Source: Utricularia gibba
Lineage: Eukaryota > Plantae > Magnoliophyta
Length of the DNA stretch: 64,000 nt
Assembly (NCBI GenBank): GCA_002189035.1
Contig: NEEC01000012.1
Location: 1,302,001-1,366,000, forward strand
Direction: 5' to 3'
Below are positions 1 through 12,659 of the stretch, piece by piece. Below the pieces are notes generated by a model. It did no database searches. It was not told the origin of the DNA and saw nothing but the letters and a program-made list of their open reading frames with translations. Position 1 is the stretch's first letter; the number at the start of each line of letters is the position of its first letter. The position numbers and the translations under genes are program-made.

Positions 1-2
1 TT

Positions 3-437
3 CAACTGGACAGCAGTAACGGCCATGCTCAGCAAGTTCATGTCACAGTGACTCAAGTAGTCATCAATCAATCCCCTCCACAGTCTCCAAGCTCCATGAT
101 GAACGATCAGCCAACCGGAATATACGGCCAACCGAATGCTACAAACACCGCCAGCCATTCCCTCTTTCCCGGTTACCACGAAATGCCACCGGCTCCGTAT
201 CCTCCTCTCCAACTACAAACCGAACAGATGGGGGATTATAGTTGTATGTACCCCAGGCATGGGCAAATCTATGGCTACAACCATCCAAACGTACAGTTTA
301 TTGAGCGAGGGAGAAGCATGGATAAAGCATCAGTAACTGCTCCGAGAAAGAGGACTGATGACAAGCTGTTTGGTGACCTTGTTGACCTCTCCAAGTTCAG
401 GCCAACTACCCCGAGTAGAACTAATGGGAGCATTTGA
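3..437 (+). CDS. C-terminal part (last exon, 5'-truncated by window edge) of a TOM1-like / VHS-GAT domain (TOL) protein
   Basis: Frame is open from base 3 to TGA at 435-437; Pro/Gln-rich low-complexity region ends in DDKLFGDLVDLSKFRPT, matching the conserved EDKLFGDLVD(I/L)SKFK C-terminal motif I recall for plant TOL proteins. VHS/GAT domains are outside the window. Confidence 0.7.
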   Translation, partial: QLDSSNGHAQQVHVTVTQVVINQSPPQSPSSMMNDQPTGIYGQPNATNTASHSLFPGYHEMPPAPYPPLQLQTEQMGDYSCMYPRHGQIYGYNHPNVQFIERGRSMDKASVTAPRKRTDDKLFGDLVDLSKFRPTTPSRTNGSI

Positions 438-710
438 ACTGCCAAACACACCTTTGAATCTTTGACTCATGTATTCTGAACATGTGTTTACAGACATCCA
501 ATAAATTATATTTGCTGATTTTAGAGATCCCCTCATGTTATTTGACAAGGTTATAATCTTCTAACTGATAAAAGAAAGCAAGGATTCCATCTGTTATTTA
601 ACAGCGCAGTCTACAAACACTGATCTTACAAAAACCACTGGCTCTTATTATACCACATGAATATGGGAATGGGGATGTCTTCTTACCATCCATGAACTCC
701 AAAGCTGCCA

Positions 711-1320
711 CTATAACTTGGCCTGCTGTCTCAGCATCCCAATGAAGCAGAATACAGTAACTCTAGATGAAGCGATTAAGGTCCTCGTCTCAGGATTTGG
801 ATTATCCGGATCATCTTCTTTCATGATGCGCACATCCCACACCTGATGAATAAAACAACAGGTTGTGCGTCATCATCCAAGATGATAGAGCAACACTACT
901 CATCAAATGTGTTATTTACATGAATGGACTTGCCCATGGTCACTGGGGTAGCCTCCGCCACTATGTAATCCCCTGGCTTAGCAGACTTGAGATGGTTGAT
1001 GCTAAGCTGCACTCCTGCTACTCTGTTACCACCCGTAGCAACGGAAGCTCCGATGCTAGCGACACCCTCAGCTATCATGGCCGACAGACCTCCATGAAGA
1101 ACACCAAATGGCTGCTCAAACATTTCACATATAAATTTGGTTTCACTACTTCATGAGCTAAACTGCAATCAGGCAGCAAGAAACTCACCTGACAGCACCT
1201 TGGAGTGATGAGAAGGTGACCAGAGACTTTTTCATGTGAAACTTCATCAAATTCAAACCCAAATGTACTCAATGGAGCATCCAGTTGGCTACTATCGAAT
1301 TTCACGGATGTTTCACTCAT
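711..1320 (-). CDS. DHNAT: 1,4-dihydroxy-2-naphthoyl-CoA thioesterase (hotdog fold), 151 aa, exons 1320-1189, 1111-920, 842-711
   Basis: Spliced with two canonical 77-nt GT-AG introns the frame is intact: ...FGFEFDE...CCQPFGVLHGGLSAMIAE...RVAGVQLSINHLKSA...VWDVRI...IASSRVT...QQAKL*. Motifs match plant DHNAT1/2; the C-terminal AKL is a PTS1 peroxisomal signal. Confidence 0.92.
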
Positions 1321-1400
1321 AGTACTTTTGTCTTTTCAGTAGATTCACCTTATCCCTTCTTTGGTTCAGATGAAGATGCTTCCCCGGTGAGATATGAAAG

Positions 1401-1795
1401 CTACAAAAGAGTCAATCTTAGGAATGATAACAACATAAATCCCTCCAATCAAATGAGGTGACTACACTAACATTTAAGCACAAATAAGATAGCCAAGTAC
1501 GCCCGAGCATCCACAGGGACAAAGATGACACGAAAATGAATTAAATAATTTTCCTCTGCAAAAGCAGGGCATATGGATGTAGAATATAAACCAAACGAAA
1601 CGCGAAACAAGTTGCATTCAGAGCAAATCGAAACAACAGGCTAATGATCTCGCCCAACGAACGAAATTCCCCAGACACCGACAACGCTAAAACGACTTCT
1701 AAACAGATAAAAATAACCCACATAAAATAATCCATGAAAACCAACAGAGCCAGTAACAAGCCCAGATCAAATCATAGTGTAAAAGAAAGGGAAAC
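1401..1795 (-). other. Putative 5'-UTR intron of DHNAT
   Basis: Minus strand shows AGAAG|GTTTCC donor at 1795 and TTTTGTAG| acceptor at 1401, T-rich interior, 80 nt upstream of the ATG. Confidence 0.55.
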
Positions 1796-2016
1796 CTTCT
1801 TTAGGCGAAAGCGAACATCAAACCACTCAATTCGGAGAATTTATATTGACGAGCTCTTCTTACAGTGCGAATCCCAAAGAAGATGAGAATTTGCCAGAGG
1901 AACAAGTGTATTGGTTGGCGGCGCCACGCCAGGCCACCTACTTGTCTTTCAACGACTACTAGTCCATTGTCACATCAATGCCTTTGATCATCCGATTGCC
2001 AGTCAAGGTTGATCGG

Positions 2017-2022
2017 CACGTG
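2017..2022. promoter_or_regulatory. G-box (CACGTG) in presumed DHNAT promoter
   Basis: GGCACGTGGC lies ~220 nt upstream of the putative UTR-intron donor; single short motif, could be chance. Confidence 0.2.
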
Positions 2023-2269
2023 GCCCACCCTCCTCTCTGGTGGATAACTCATAAACAAATGTGGATTGTTGCGTAAGAGAAAGACAGGAGCGTTCCCAAA
2101 TCAGGTTTGGTTTGGTTCTTGCGTGTGAGTATCTGTCGGGCAATTTACAAAAGTAGTCTACGGTAAGTTGTGTTGACTTTGATGAACTCCATTTAAATGA
2201 ATTTGGCATATTCTTTACAATCTTCTTTTTTTTATTTCATTAAAAATTGTATAAAGACCATTCCAATTA

Positions 2270-5200
2270 GCACAATATTTTACAATTAAGAAACAATTTG
2301 CTGCTTCGAAAAAAAATAACAGATACCTCCTAGAAAATTAACAAGTTCTATAACGATTCCACCCAATCAAAGAAAATAGATAACATAAATGGATACGCTA
2401 TCTATCATACCTATAACATTTATTACTTTTATATTTAATGCTCACATCTAACACATGCACCAAAATGCCAATACACATAACAACAGAACAATTTATTTCT
2501 TAATCTTCAAGTTTCGGTTTCATCGTATTTTTCCGTTGATTTATCTTCAATTGCTCTACGGTGATCTCCATCACTCCTCCCATCATTGAAACTATTAAAT
2601 CCCCCATTTTTTTTCCATCTATCACATCCAATGTGGATTTGAAACCAAGAAATTGGTTTCGCCCTAATGCTTTCGTGAGGGGATCTGCAATTTGAGAGTA
2701 TCCGGATATATACTGCACTAAGATTTCTTCTTTCTTGACATAATCTATAATCACATGGAATCTAATATGGATATGTTTTGCCTTCCCAAAATGAGTTGGA
2801 TCCTTTGTATTGTCAATGTTCAACGAAGTGGCCTGCATCTGTATAAATCCTAGTTCCTTGAGAGTTTGCCTCAACCAGATATAGTGATTTGTTGCTTGAG
2901 TCATGACAATATATTCATATTCTGTAGTTGATTGAGCAATCATGTTTTGCCATTTTGTAGATCATGAAATTGGACGTTGGTTCAAGAAAATGATGAATCC
3001 TAATGTACTTTTCGAATCTTCAACCATAGGATAGTCAGCATTAGAGAAGGCCTTCAATGTAAGTTGTGGATTGTTGCTTTTAGAAGGATATAAGATTCCA
3101 AAATTCATAGTAGATTTTATGTACCGTAATAATCTCTTAAATGCTACCATGTGAGTTTGATAAGTAAATTAGACAACCAACAATGCTTCTATAAATATTT
3201 ACTTCATCATCCTTTTCACTCTCACTTTTGGTGAGTTGAAGTTTGTAGTCCATTAGTGTTTTGGCAATGTTGGCTTTTGATAATCCAAATCTTTCTAATA
3301 ATTCTTTACAATATTTTTCTGTGAGATAAACATTCCTCGATTAGGAATTTGTTCAATTTCCAACCCCAGATAGAGACTGACATCACCCAAATCACTCATT
3401 TCAAATTCTTGCGTCAATTGTTTTTTTCATTTTATCAATTTCTTCTACATGGTTGGAGGTGAGCAAAATATCATATACATAAAGACTCAAAATGAAAACC
3501 GATGAGTCATTTTTCTTGTAGTATAGACTATGATCTCCATGAGTCTTTGAAAAACCAATAAACTTTAGGTGTTTATCAAATCTCTCATTCCAAACTTTAG
3601 GTGCTCGCTTTAGTCCATATAAAGGTCTCTTTAATTTATAAACATGATTTTTCATACCTTCTTGTATGAATCCTTCAGGTTGCTTTATAAATATATCCTC
3701 TTCCAAATATCTATTTAAGAATGCAGTTTTGACGTCCAGGTGATGTAATTTCCACTATTTTACATAAGCAATAGACAATAATAATTTTACAAAGTTCATT
3801 CTTGCCACTAGTGCAAAAATATTTTTGTAGTTAACCCCTTGAACTTGAGAATAACCCTTATCAACTAGTCTTGTCTTGTAGGTATTTATATATCAGAATT
3901 TAGTTTTGTTTTGTATATCCACTTGAGTCCTATAAATTTGAAAGTTTCTTTTTTAGTTCTTTTCACCAGTTCTCAAGTTCCATTCTTTTCAATTGCTTCA
4001 ATCTCTCTTTTCATTGGAATTTTTCATTTTTTATTTTTGATTGCTTCAATAAAGGATTTTGGGTCATCCCTTCCTATACACGATAGGATTTCATAGTCCA
4101 ACTCATGATTCATATTGTAGAGATCATTTATTATTCTTGTTCTTCTAATTGTATGAGCTCTATCTTGGGCTTCTATGTAATCCTCATATGCATCCTCTTC
4201 AGACAAAGATCCTAAGTAATTATGATCATTAATATTTTCAGAATTGACTTGCTCTTATTCTTCTAATACAGAATTTCCTACTCCAATGACATCTAGGCTA
4301 GTCTTGATAAGATCATGGATTCCCTAGATAAACTGAAGAAAGATGAGGGAAAGGACACTAGCCCTTCCGTCATTTCACTTGGACCACTCATAAGATCTAG
4401 AGCACGAAAGCACCAAGATCTCCTCAAGGGATTATGGTTAATCAAGAAACTCATGAAACTTATGGTATAGAGTTCAACCTACTTAATTTGGATCAAGTTG
4501 ATGGGTCATAACTTCATAGTTCACTAGTGGTACTTTCATTTGAGTAGGTCCATTTTTCTTCCTATATAGCAAGGGCTTCATTCATATTTAGGATAACTTT
4601 GATTATTATGTATTTGGAGAGGATTGCTTCTTCCCTAAGTTTTTTTAGAACTTTAGACTTATCAAGCTTTGCTTATGGTGTCTAGTATGGTTTATTACTC
4701 TCATTTCCTTCCTTTTTATGTGATTGTGATACCATTTTCATAGTTTGGGTTGCAAGGAATTTCGTTTCTTGAGGGTCAACTTTTTTTCTTGAAGGATTGC
4801 TTCATTTGACACCAAGATTTGGTTTGCCAAACACTTATTGTTTGGACGATCGTATCCAGTCTTATGGTTTTCATTATTTTGATTTGCTTCCTCTTCTACA
4901 GATTCATATATAACTTCTTCTTCACCTTTTGTATTTATATTTGCATGTAAACAAGATATTTTATTATTCTGTACAATCAAATCTTTACCTTCATCAAAGA
5001 CTACATGTTTGCTAACAACAACAGCTCCAGTCTTCGGTAGATAAACTCTATATCCTTTGGTTACATTGCCATATCCCACAAAGACGCTGCAATTAGATCA
5101 TTTATCCAACTTTATTCTAAATGAGGTGGGAATTAGAATATGACAAAGACTACCAAATATTCGTAAATGATAATAGCTAGGTTTCTTTTCATGCCATAAT

Positions 5201-7382
5201 TCATATGTTGTCTTTCCAAGGATGCCATAATTCATATCCGACCTTAGAATCTTGATCTGCATACCACTTTGTTTCTCAACAATGGATTTGAAGGTCTTAA
5301 ATATTTTAAAAGTCTGAGCCTTGGATTTATACCCAAGAGTATCGTGTGAAATCATCTATAAATGTAATAAGATATTTGCTGCCATCTAGAGATACTTGAT
5401 TAAATAGGACAAAAAGGTCAGAATGTATTAAATTCAGTTTTTCACATGATCTATTAGTAGAAGGTGGAGATGCCTTTTTTACTTGTTTCCCTTATTGACA
5501 TGTTGTGCACACACGATCAACAAAGCATATATCCCTGTGTTCCATGACTTCAACATTTTTTTGCAGAATATGTAAATTTTTGAAGCCATAATGCCCAAGC
5601 CTCTTATGCTAAAAATCATTTTCTTTACTTATCGTGAGATGATATTTCTTCTACTCATATGTATCAATTTTGAGCAGATTATTAGCAACAAGCATTGCAT
5701 TTACAAATACCCTTTTTTCAGGATTGATGATGACACAATGGGTGATTTTTCCATGCAAATTCCATCCCAACTCAATATCAAAACCTTGTTATATTAACTG
5801 ACCAAAGCTAATGAGATTCCGGGCTACTCTCAAAGCATATTATACATTTGTAAATCCGAAAAACCTTATTTAATTGATAAACAACTATTTCCGATTCCAA
5901 ATATTTGAACTCCATCACCATTACAACTATAGTTGTCCATGCAATATTGTTTTTTTAATGATGTAAACAAGGATAAGTTTGAGCATAAGTGATTAGATGC
6001 TCCATAATCAAGATACCAACCCTTATCTTCATTCTTGTTGGCTGTTAAAACGAAATTCAATTCTACTGCTTCTTCAAATGTAATTTCTTTTTCTCCTTCA
6101 AAGAAAGTGAAATTTGTAGTTTGATGTGAACTTTTTGCATCTTCATTATGTTCTACAGCACTTTTGATTCTTTGCTTCATGGGACAAACTTTTTCCTATG
6201 TCCAATATGTTATAGGCTGAACAAGTAGCATCAGGTCTTACCCAACAATATTCTGATTTATGATTTTGTTTCTTGCAATGCATATATGCATTAGAGCTTA
6301 ATGACCAGTACTTTTCAGATCTGTGATTGATCTTCCCACAATGTCTACATTTCTCTTCTGTGTTTTCAGTGCTATAATTCTCAGATTTTCCTTTGTTCAT
6401 TGAATATGACATTGGAGAAGCCTTCTTATTAATAAGTACAAACTTGACTTTCTTAGATTCCCCTTCTGAACATTCTCTAATATTAAGTCTTTTTTCCACA
6501 GATCCTAGCTCCAAATAAACTTGTGGAATATTGGATCTATAGTTTTCTTATACCTAGGTAGAATCATTTCTAGCTTCCCCTTAATAAGCTTCCTCATTTT
6601 TTCTGTCTTAAAGTATGGATTTTGGCGTCGAATTTACTTGGTACTCATGAGTACTCTATCAATTATTTTGCTATCATCAAGTTTTTCTGCCAAAGCTCTA
6701 ATTTCATTTACCATTCTAGATGTTCTCGCATAATAATCATTCATAAATTCTCCATCTAGCATTTTGTTTCTTTCAAACTCATCCAACTTGATTTCTAGGA
6801 GAAACTTTCTTGATTTCTCATCACCTTTGTACATTTCACTGATTGCATCTCATATTTCTTTAGCCATTGAGTATGATGCAACTTTATCAAACATTGGTTC
6901 AGTTAGTGTTTGATAAAGTGCATTCAAGGCTTCTATCTTTTTATCTAGAAGCTTACCTACTTAGTTGATTTGTTTAGGTGTTGAAGCGTCCGTAACACTT
7001 GGATCTCGCAAATTACTCTCAACAACATCCCACCACTTCTTAACCTGAAAGTATGTCTTCATCTTCTTGACCCATTTATGATAATTGGTTCCATCAAAGA
7101 TGGAAGGACTTTGGTTGCTTTGAGACTTTTTCAAACCTTATCTTCTTCAAAGGTTCAAGAGGTCTGCACTGATACCATGTTGAGTTTGATACTTTGCAAA
7201 AAAAGATGGTCAAACACCTCATAGAAAATTAACAAGCTCGATAACAATCTGTTTCTACAACACCCAAGCAAAGAAAGAAGATAACCCAGATGCATACGCT
7301 ATCTCCCATACCTACTACGTTCATTACATTTCTATTTAATGCTCACATGTAGCTCACACAACAAAATCCAAATGTATTGACA
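2270..7382 (-). mobile_element. Decayed Ty1/copia LTR retrotransposon (element C1)
   Basis: PBS-like TGGTATCAGTGC at 7177-7166 next to a TG..CA LTR; gag (zinc knuckles CRHCGKINH), protease (WYLDYGASNH), integrase (GYRVY), RT (YKLKRPLYGLKRAP, LYVYDIL) and RNase H (KHIHIRFH, ADPLTK) remnants with many stops and frameshifts; related LTR sequence at ~2290-2480 and ~7180-7380. Confidence 0.85.
4287..4740 (+). mobile_element. Solo-LTR-like insertion, CRM (centromeric chromovirus)-type, nested in C1
   Basis: Interrupts the INT-RT linker of C1; TG...CA ends; GGACCACTCATAAGATCTAGAGCACGAAAG encodes GPLIRSRARK, resembling the GPITRAR 'CR motif' that extends into CRM 3' LTRs. No clean TSD. Confidence 0.5.
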
Positions 7383-7399
7383 ATCTCAAAGATGTTTGC

Positions 7400-8290
7400 C
7401 ACTTTCCTAAGAGTAATGGCACAACATTTTCTTAGGAATATTGGATGGAAGAAGATATCAATGGTTCGGAAGTGAGATGGAGTAGATGTGGCATAGTCTT
7501 CTAGATAGGCTAAAATGATGAGTACTATAAAAAAGAGGTTGCTCAAAAGTTGATATTGAGGTGTTTTGGTTGAGATTTGAGTGATCAAGGGTCAAGCTTT
7601 CTAAACTAGATGAGAAGACACAAAGGGCTATTGGATCATAATTTTCAAGAACAAGTTCTTAAGGCATAGAATAAACAAGATTCAAAGTCATCCAGCTAAC
7701 TAAGAATAGAATATTTTGGTGTCATAATTGATGAAAATTGAGGTAAAAACTTTAAATGGAAAAATGTGTCCATATAATATAATATCACAATAGACATTAA
7801 TGGATTTAGTTTTCTAGTTATAGACCTTGTACCCCTTTTGATTGAAAGAATATTTGAAAAAATGACTGTGGGAAAGAGATGATAATTGGTTAGATATGGA
7901 AAATTGAGTATAATGATAAATACAACTAAAAGTTTTTAAAATTAGATAGATTTGGACTTCTTTAATAAAGAAGTTCAAACGGAGATTTCCATCAAAGTTT
8001 ATGCTTGGGGTGCGATTAAGAATGTGTATTATGCACAATAGAGTGTCTCCCCAAAGCCAATGACGTGTTGCAAACTGAAGCATCAAGGATTGAGTGATTT
8101 TAAATAAATGGCAATGTTTTTCTTTCTAGAAACTCATTTTGTTGTAGGGTATAAGAATATATAGTTTGATGGATATCTTTCTCAATGAAGAAAGATTGAA
8201 GCATGAGGGATAGAAATTCCACATTATTTTTGAGTAGAATGATTTTGTCAAATTGGTTTTTAGTCTTGGATATGAAGGTTTTGAAGACAT
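7400..8290 (-). mobile_element. Ty1/copia integrase remnant
   Basis: ORF 7814-8086 contains LWGDTLLCIIHILNRTPS (copia integrase W..A..TA..LINR.PS) and downstream QKGYKVY. Confidence 0.6.
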
Positions 8291-8294
8291 TCTA

Positions 8295-10013
8295 GGGCGA
8301 GTTTGGTAGGTAGTCTGAATTAATAGATGTTAGAATTACTAAGGTTTGGAATTGAGTTTAGATTTATCCCGGTTTACAATATAACTTGTTTGGAAGATTA
8401 GTGTAATTATATAAAAAATCTCTTTTACTTATTTTACCTTCCAAATAATTCATCTTGCCTCTTGTTTTTCATTTACTGCTCTTTTACCTATTATATCAAA
8501 AAGTTTTTTTTTCATATTTTGGTCTCTGAATCATTCATAGGTTTCACATCCTGATACAAATTCTTCTTGAAACTGATGGATAAAAGATCTCACAAGAAGG
8601 ACAAAACAATGTCTAAGTGCTTTGAAGAAAGGTACAATGCAAAAGCAATTGGAATCTACTGAAAAAAATGGCACCAAACGTGCTTGGACAGTGCAAGAAG
8701 AAGCATGTCTTGTAACTGTATACAAGGCTATCATAGCAGAAGGGTGGGAGTCGGAAAATGGATTTTGCCCCGGTTATTTCAAGGTACTCGAAACTGAAAT
8801 GATAAAAATCTTGCCTGGGACTCATCTTAAAGCATTCTCAAAAATTGATTCAAAATCTGGAACATGGAAAATGTGCTTTTTGATTTTGAATGTGCTCACA
8901 CTTTTTGGAGTTGGTTGGAATGCCAAAACTTGTATGATTGATGCAACACCTGAAACATGCAAGAATTGATCGCGATAAGTATTTTAGGTTGATTTTTTTT
9001 ATGATCTATGTTTCTTTTTTTGAATATATATGCCCCAAAGCTTGTATGCTTCGTTCCATATGGTATGCTTATAAAACGAATGTTGTTTGATTGTAATTAT
9101 AATTATTATCTTCAAAATATAATATTTATTTGGAATCGTTTGTCAAAAAGGCTGCCAAGTGGGGTTATCGATGAGATAATGTCTGTTGATAGATCGATAT
9201 TTGTCAGTGGATCTGATAGAACGGCATGGTTCAGTCTGAAGAGTAACTGAATCACGGCAGAATGGGCGGCGATTGTATGAAAAGCAAGATCATACTACAA
9301 GTGCAGAAAGATAGCTGACACCTACAAAGCTCACAATTCAGTCGGATCGGTCCCCTTCCCCTCCTTATAAGTAGAAGAAATCATGGCGGAAAAAGGATTG
9401 GACCTCAAGCCTCCCAACCTGTACCTTTCTCCTCCATCTTCGTCTAATAAATACTTTCTCCGGTGAGTTCCGACATCTCCGTGATTTTTCCGCCTAATGG
9501 TGGTTTTCACATAGAAAATCCCCGTCTATTTCCATTTCATCCAATCAAATAGAACAGACCACAAAAAAAAGAGGGGAAACGACACCAACCACAACCCGAA
9601 AATTGACCCAGTCCGTCATACCGATTTTCACCTGTAACAGTGCTTTATAATTTTTATTTACGAAATAAATGATATTTAGAAAAAAATTTATGAAATAGAG
9701 AGTATTTTAGTCTTTCTTTACAAAATAAATGAAGTTTGATTTATATGTTCAAAATTTTAGAAAAATAATATATTTAAATACTATTAATTAAACAATTATA
9801 TATTATTTTCATAATATTTTAAAATAATTTAAGCTATTCAATATATATTCAAAAATTTATTTAATACAAAATACATTAATCTTGCTATAAAATCTTTTAT
9901 TTAAATATATCACAGCTACATAAATAACTACATAAATAATTATAATATAATATTTTCATAACATCATCATAGAAGAATACATCTATTTAACCATTTTTTT
10001 ACCAACCTCAACC
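8295..10013 (+). mobile_element. Non-autonomous PIF/Harbinger element carrying a Myb/SANT-like ORF1 fragment (8622-8969)
   Basis: ORF has KRAWTVQEEACL...GWESENGFCPGYFKVLE...GVGWN typical of PIF ORF1; imperfect TIRs GGGCGAGTTTGGT (8295) / ACCAACCTCAACC (10001-10013), 10 of 13 matching. Confidence 0.65.
9130..9639 (+). mobile_element. Solo LTR, ~515-bp family (copy 1, 5'-eroded)
   Basis: Shares CTCCGG.GAG.TCCGA...CCGTG.TTTTTCCG...GGT.TT.CAC.TA.AAAATC and the ...GATTTT.ACC...AACA end with 46450-46964 and 58112-58648. Confidence 0.65.
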
Positions 10014-10029
10014 AAAATAGATGGAGTAC

Positions 10030-10291
10030 ATCTACAAACCAGCGCCGCCAGATTAAGTATATGATAGGGTTGCCCAATATTGTAATAATCGTTGATCAAC
10101 ATGAAGAATATAAGTGTACCACTCTGGGAATTCCAACAATTTCTTTAATTGATACAAATTATGATCTTCATCTTGCAGATATTTCTATTCCAACGAATAA
10201 TGACGCTACATCTTCAATTCACTTAATTGTTAACAAATTAGTATTTGCAATTTGTGAGGTCCACTCTAGCTACCTAAGAAAGACTCAATAA
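10030..10291 (+). pseudogene. rps2: Plastid rps2 3' fragment (NUPT)
   Basis: [57 protein letters not shown] matches the plastid Rps2 C-terminus, with an internal deletion. Confidence 0.9.
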
Positions 10292-10513
10292 AATTAATTA
10301 CATTATAAGATAAAAACTTTTATTTCAAAAATACGATTGATTTTTTCTTTTGAATCAGTTATTTTTTATTCAAAATATATCAAACTAGATAAAAATAACT
10401 GCAAATATTATGCGATTAGTTATATTCAAAAAAAAGAGTTGGTAGACAAAATACCTGATTCAAGTCGACAAAGAAATAGTTGAATCAAAATAACTTTTTT
10501 TTCAGAGGGAAAT

Positions 10514-11241
10514 ATGAATGTGTTATCATGTTCTATCAACGCACCTAAAGTTTTTATAAAACATATGTAGTGTTGTAGCAGGCCAACATTTCTATTGGCA
10601 AATAGGCGGTTTTCTAGTTCACTGTCAAGTACTTATTAATTCTAGGATCGTAATTGCTATCTTATTATGTTCAGCTACTATCGCTATTTGGAAACCACAA
10701 ACCGTTCCCATTGGGGTGAGAATTTCTTTGCGTATGTTCTTGAATTCATTTGAGATGTGAGTTAAAACCCAAATTGGAGAAGAATACGACCCTTAGGTTC
10801 CCTTTATTGGAACTATGTTCCTATTCATTTTTGTTTCTAATCGGTCGAGAGCTGTTTTGCCTTGGAAAATCATAGAATTACCTGATGACGAGTTGCTCAC
10901 ACCAATGAATGATATAAATACTAGTGTTGCCCTGGCGTTTGGAGCATATTTCTGTGCAGGTCTTACCAAAAAGGATTAAGCGATTTCGGACCAACCCCAA
11001 CCCTTTTACCCATTAATATCTTAGAAGATTTCACAAAGCAGTTATCACTTAGTTTTAGACTTTTCGGGAATATCTTAGCAGATGAATTACTAGTTGATGT
11101 TCTTGTTTCTTTTCTTTAGTACCTTTAGTAGTTCCAATACGGGTCATGTTCCTTGGATTATTTACAACTGGGATTCTAGCACTTATTTTTGCAATTTTAA
11201 CCACGGCTTATATACGTGAATCCATGAAACACCATCATTGA
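10514..11241 (+). pseudogene. atpI: Plastid atpI pseudogene (NUPT)
   Basis: Starts ATGAATGTGTTATCATGTTCTATCAAC, contains TTTCGGGAATATCTTAGCAGATGAATTA (FGNILADEL), ends ...TCCATGAAACACCATCATTGA; multiple frameshifts. Confidence 0.92.
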
Positions 11242-12281
11242 AATAGTTTTTTTTTTCAACTTAGTGTAAAATAATCTATGTACCGTGCAAGACGATTTTC
11301 AAGAAATACAAATGAACAAGGCTCTATATACATTAGCAATACAATAGAAAAAAAATAGGAACAAAAACAATAGTAGAGAGTTGGAAAAATAGGAACAAAA
11401 ACAATAGAAAGAGATATAAAATGTATTTTTACTAAAGTTATCCTTTTATCCCTCTCACCTTATTTTGTTCGATGAATCTTCATTATTTTACATGGCTACG
11501 AGAATCTTTTTATTCAAATAAAAATTTTAATAAGATATATGTTTATGATGTGATTAACTAAAACACAGAATAAAAAATTTGACTTGAGATTTACTGTGTA
11601 TTTTATTCAACAATTGGGCAAAAGCAACTATTCAATATTAATTTCAAAATATAAATTAAAAAATTACATAAACTTAGATCAACCTAATAATGATATTTCT
11701 ATGTAAACATTCGCACCAATAATTTCATTTTCCCATTTATATTATTTTTTATCTTAAAAATCCTTATAATTATGACTATAAGGGGAAACGTTATAAAAAA
11801 CGGGATTCCTAAAAAATGGATTGGCTCTCAAACATGAGTCAATCTAATGGTTTATGTAATGGAAGAAAAAACATGCATATATTAGATAGTCACTGCTTAT
11901 ATGTGTATATGCAATAAAAATATATATTTATATGAGCTAAAAATAAATTGCATTTTAGTTGCTATTGCGTGCCGGTTCCAATATAAGTTTATTTGTATCG
12001 TTGTGACTGTGAATTGGTTGAATAAAGAGATGAGCTAAAGAACAGTTGAAAGAATTGAAATAGCAATTTAGAAATGTAAGAACGAAATTGTTAGGGTTAC
12101 TCCATGTATCTAAAAAGAAAAAAAAAATGCTATTGAAATGCTGGTGATGATTCAATAATAATATTACTTCAACGTAAGTTACTTGGGCTGGATGAGTCTT
12201 CTTGGTGGAATAATTAAATAAAAAATTGATTGCTTGATTGTATGATTAACCATTTCTTTTTGTTGCTGTGAGGAACTTATC

Positions 12282-12466
12282 ATGAACCCCCACTGATTTC
12301 TGCTGCTGGATTGGCTTTAGGGCTTGCTTCTATTGGTCTTGGAGTTGGCCAGGGGACTGCTGCGGGACAGCCCGAGGCAGAGGGAGGGCACTCTATTGCT
12401 TAGTCTACCTTTTACGGAAGCTTTAATGATTTTTGGATTGTTTTTAGCATTAGCACTTTTATTTCC
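12282..12466 (+). pseudogene. atpH: Plastid atpH pseudogene (NUPT copy 1)
   Basis: ATGAACCCCCACTGATTTCTGCTGCTGGATTGGC...CAGCCCGAGGCAGAGG...TTAGCATTAGCACTTTTATTT; frameshifted with three internal deletions. Confidence 0.9.
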
Positions 12467-12659
12467 TTGTAACTGTCGTTTGGTTTTTAAAATTAACTAA
12501 GGATATAACTCCTAAAAATTTTTTTGTGTTAAAAAATAACCTAAACTTACGGGAAGGACTGATTTACGGATGAAGAATTAGCGTACCAACCCCTTTTCAT
12601 CCTTCCTGTTTGTAGTACATGGGGAATTCTTGTTATGTGTTGCAACAAATCAAGGGGGA

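Noticed and set aside
843-1188. Both DHNAT coding introns are exactly 77 nt
   Set aside because: Their sequences are unrelated and 77 nt is near the modal short plant intron size; coincidence.
1541-1759. Hydrophobic 72-aa ORF upstream of DHNAT
   Set aside because: Non-ATG start, lies in the T-rich putative 5'-UTR intron; hydrophobicity follows from base composition.
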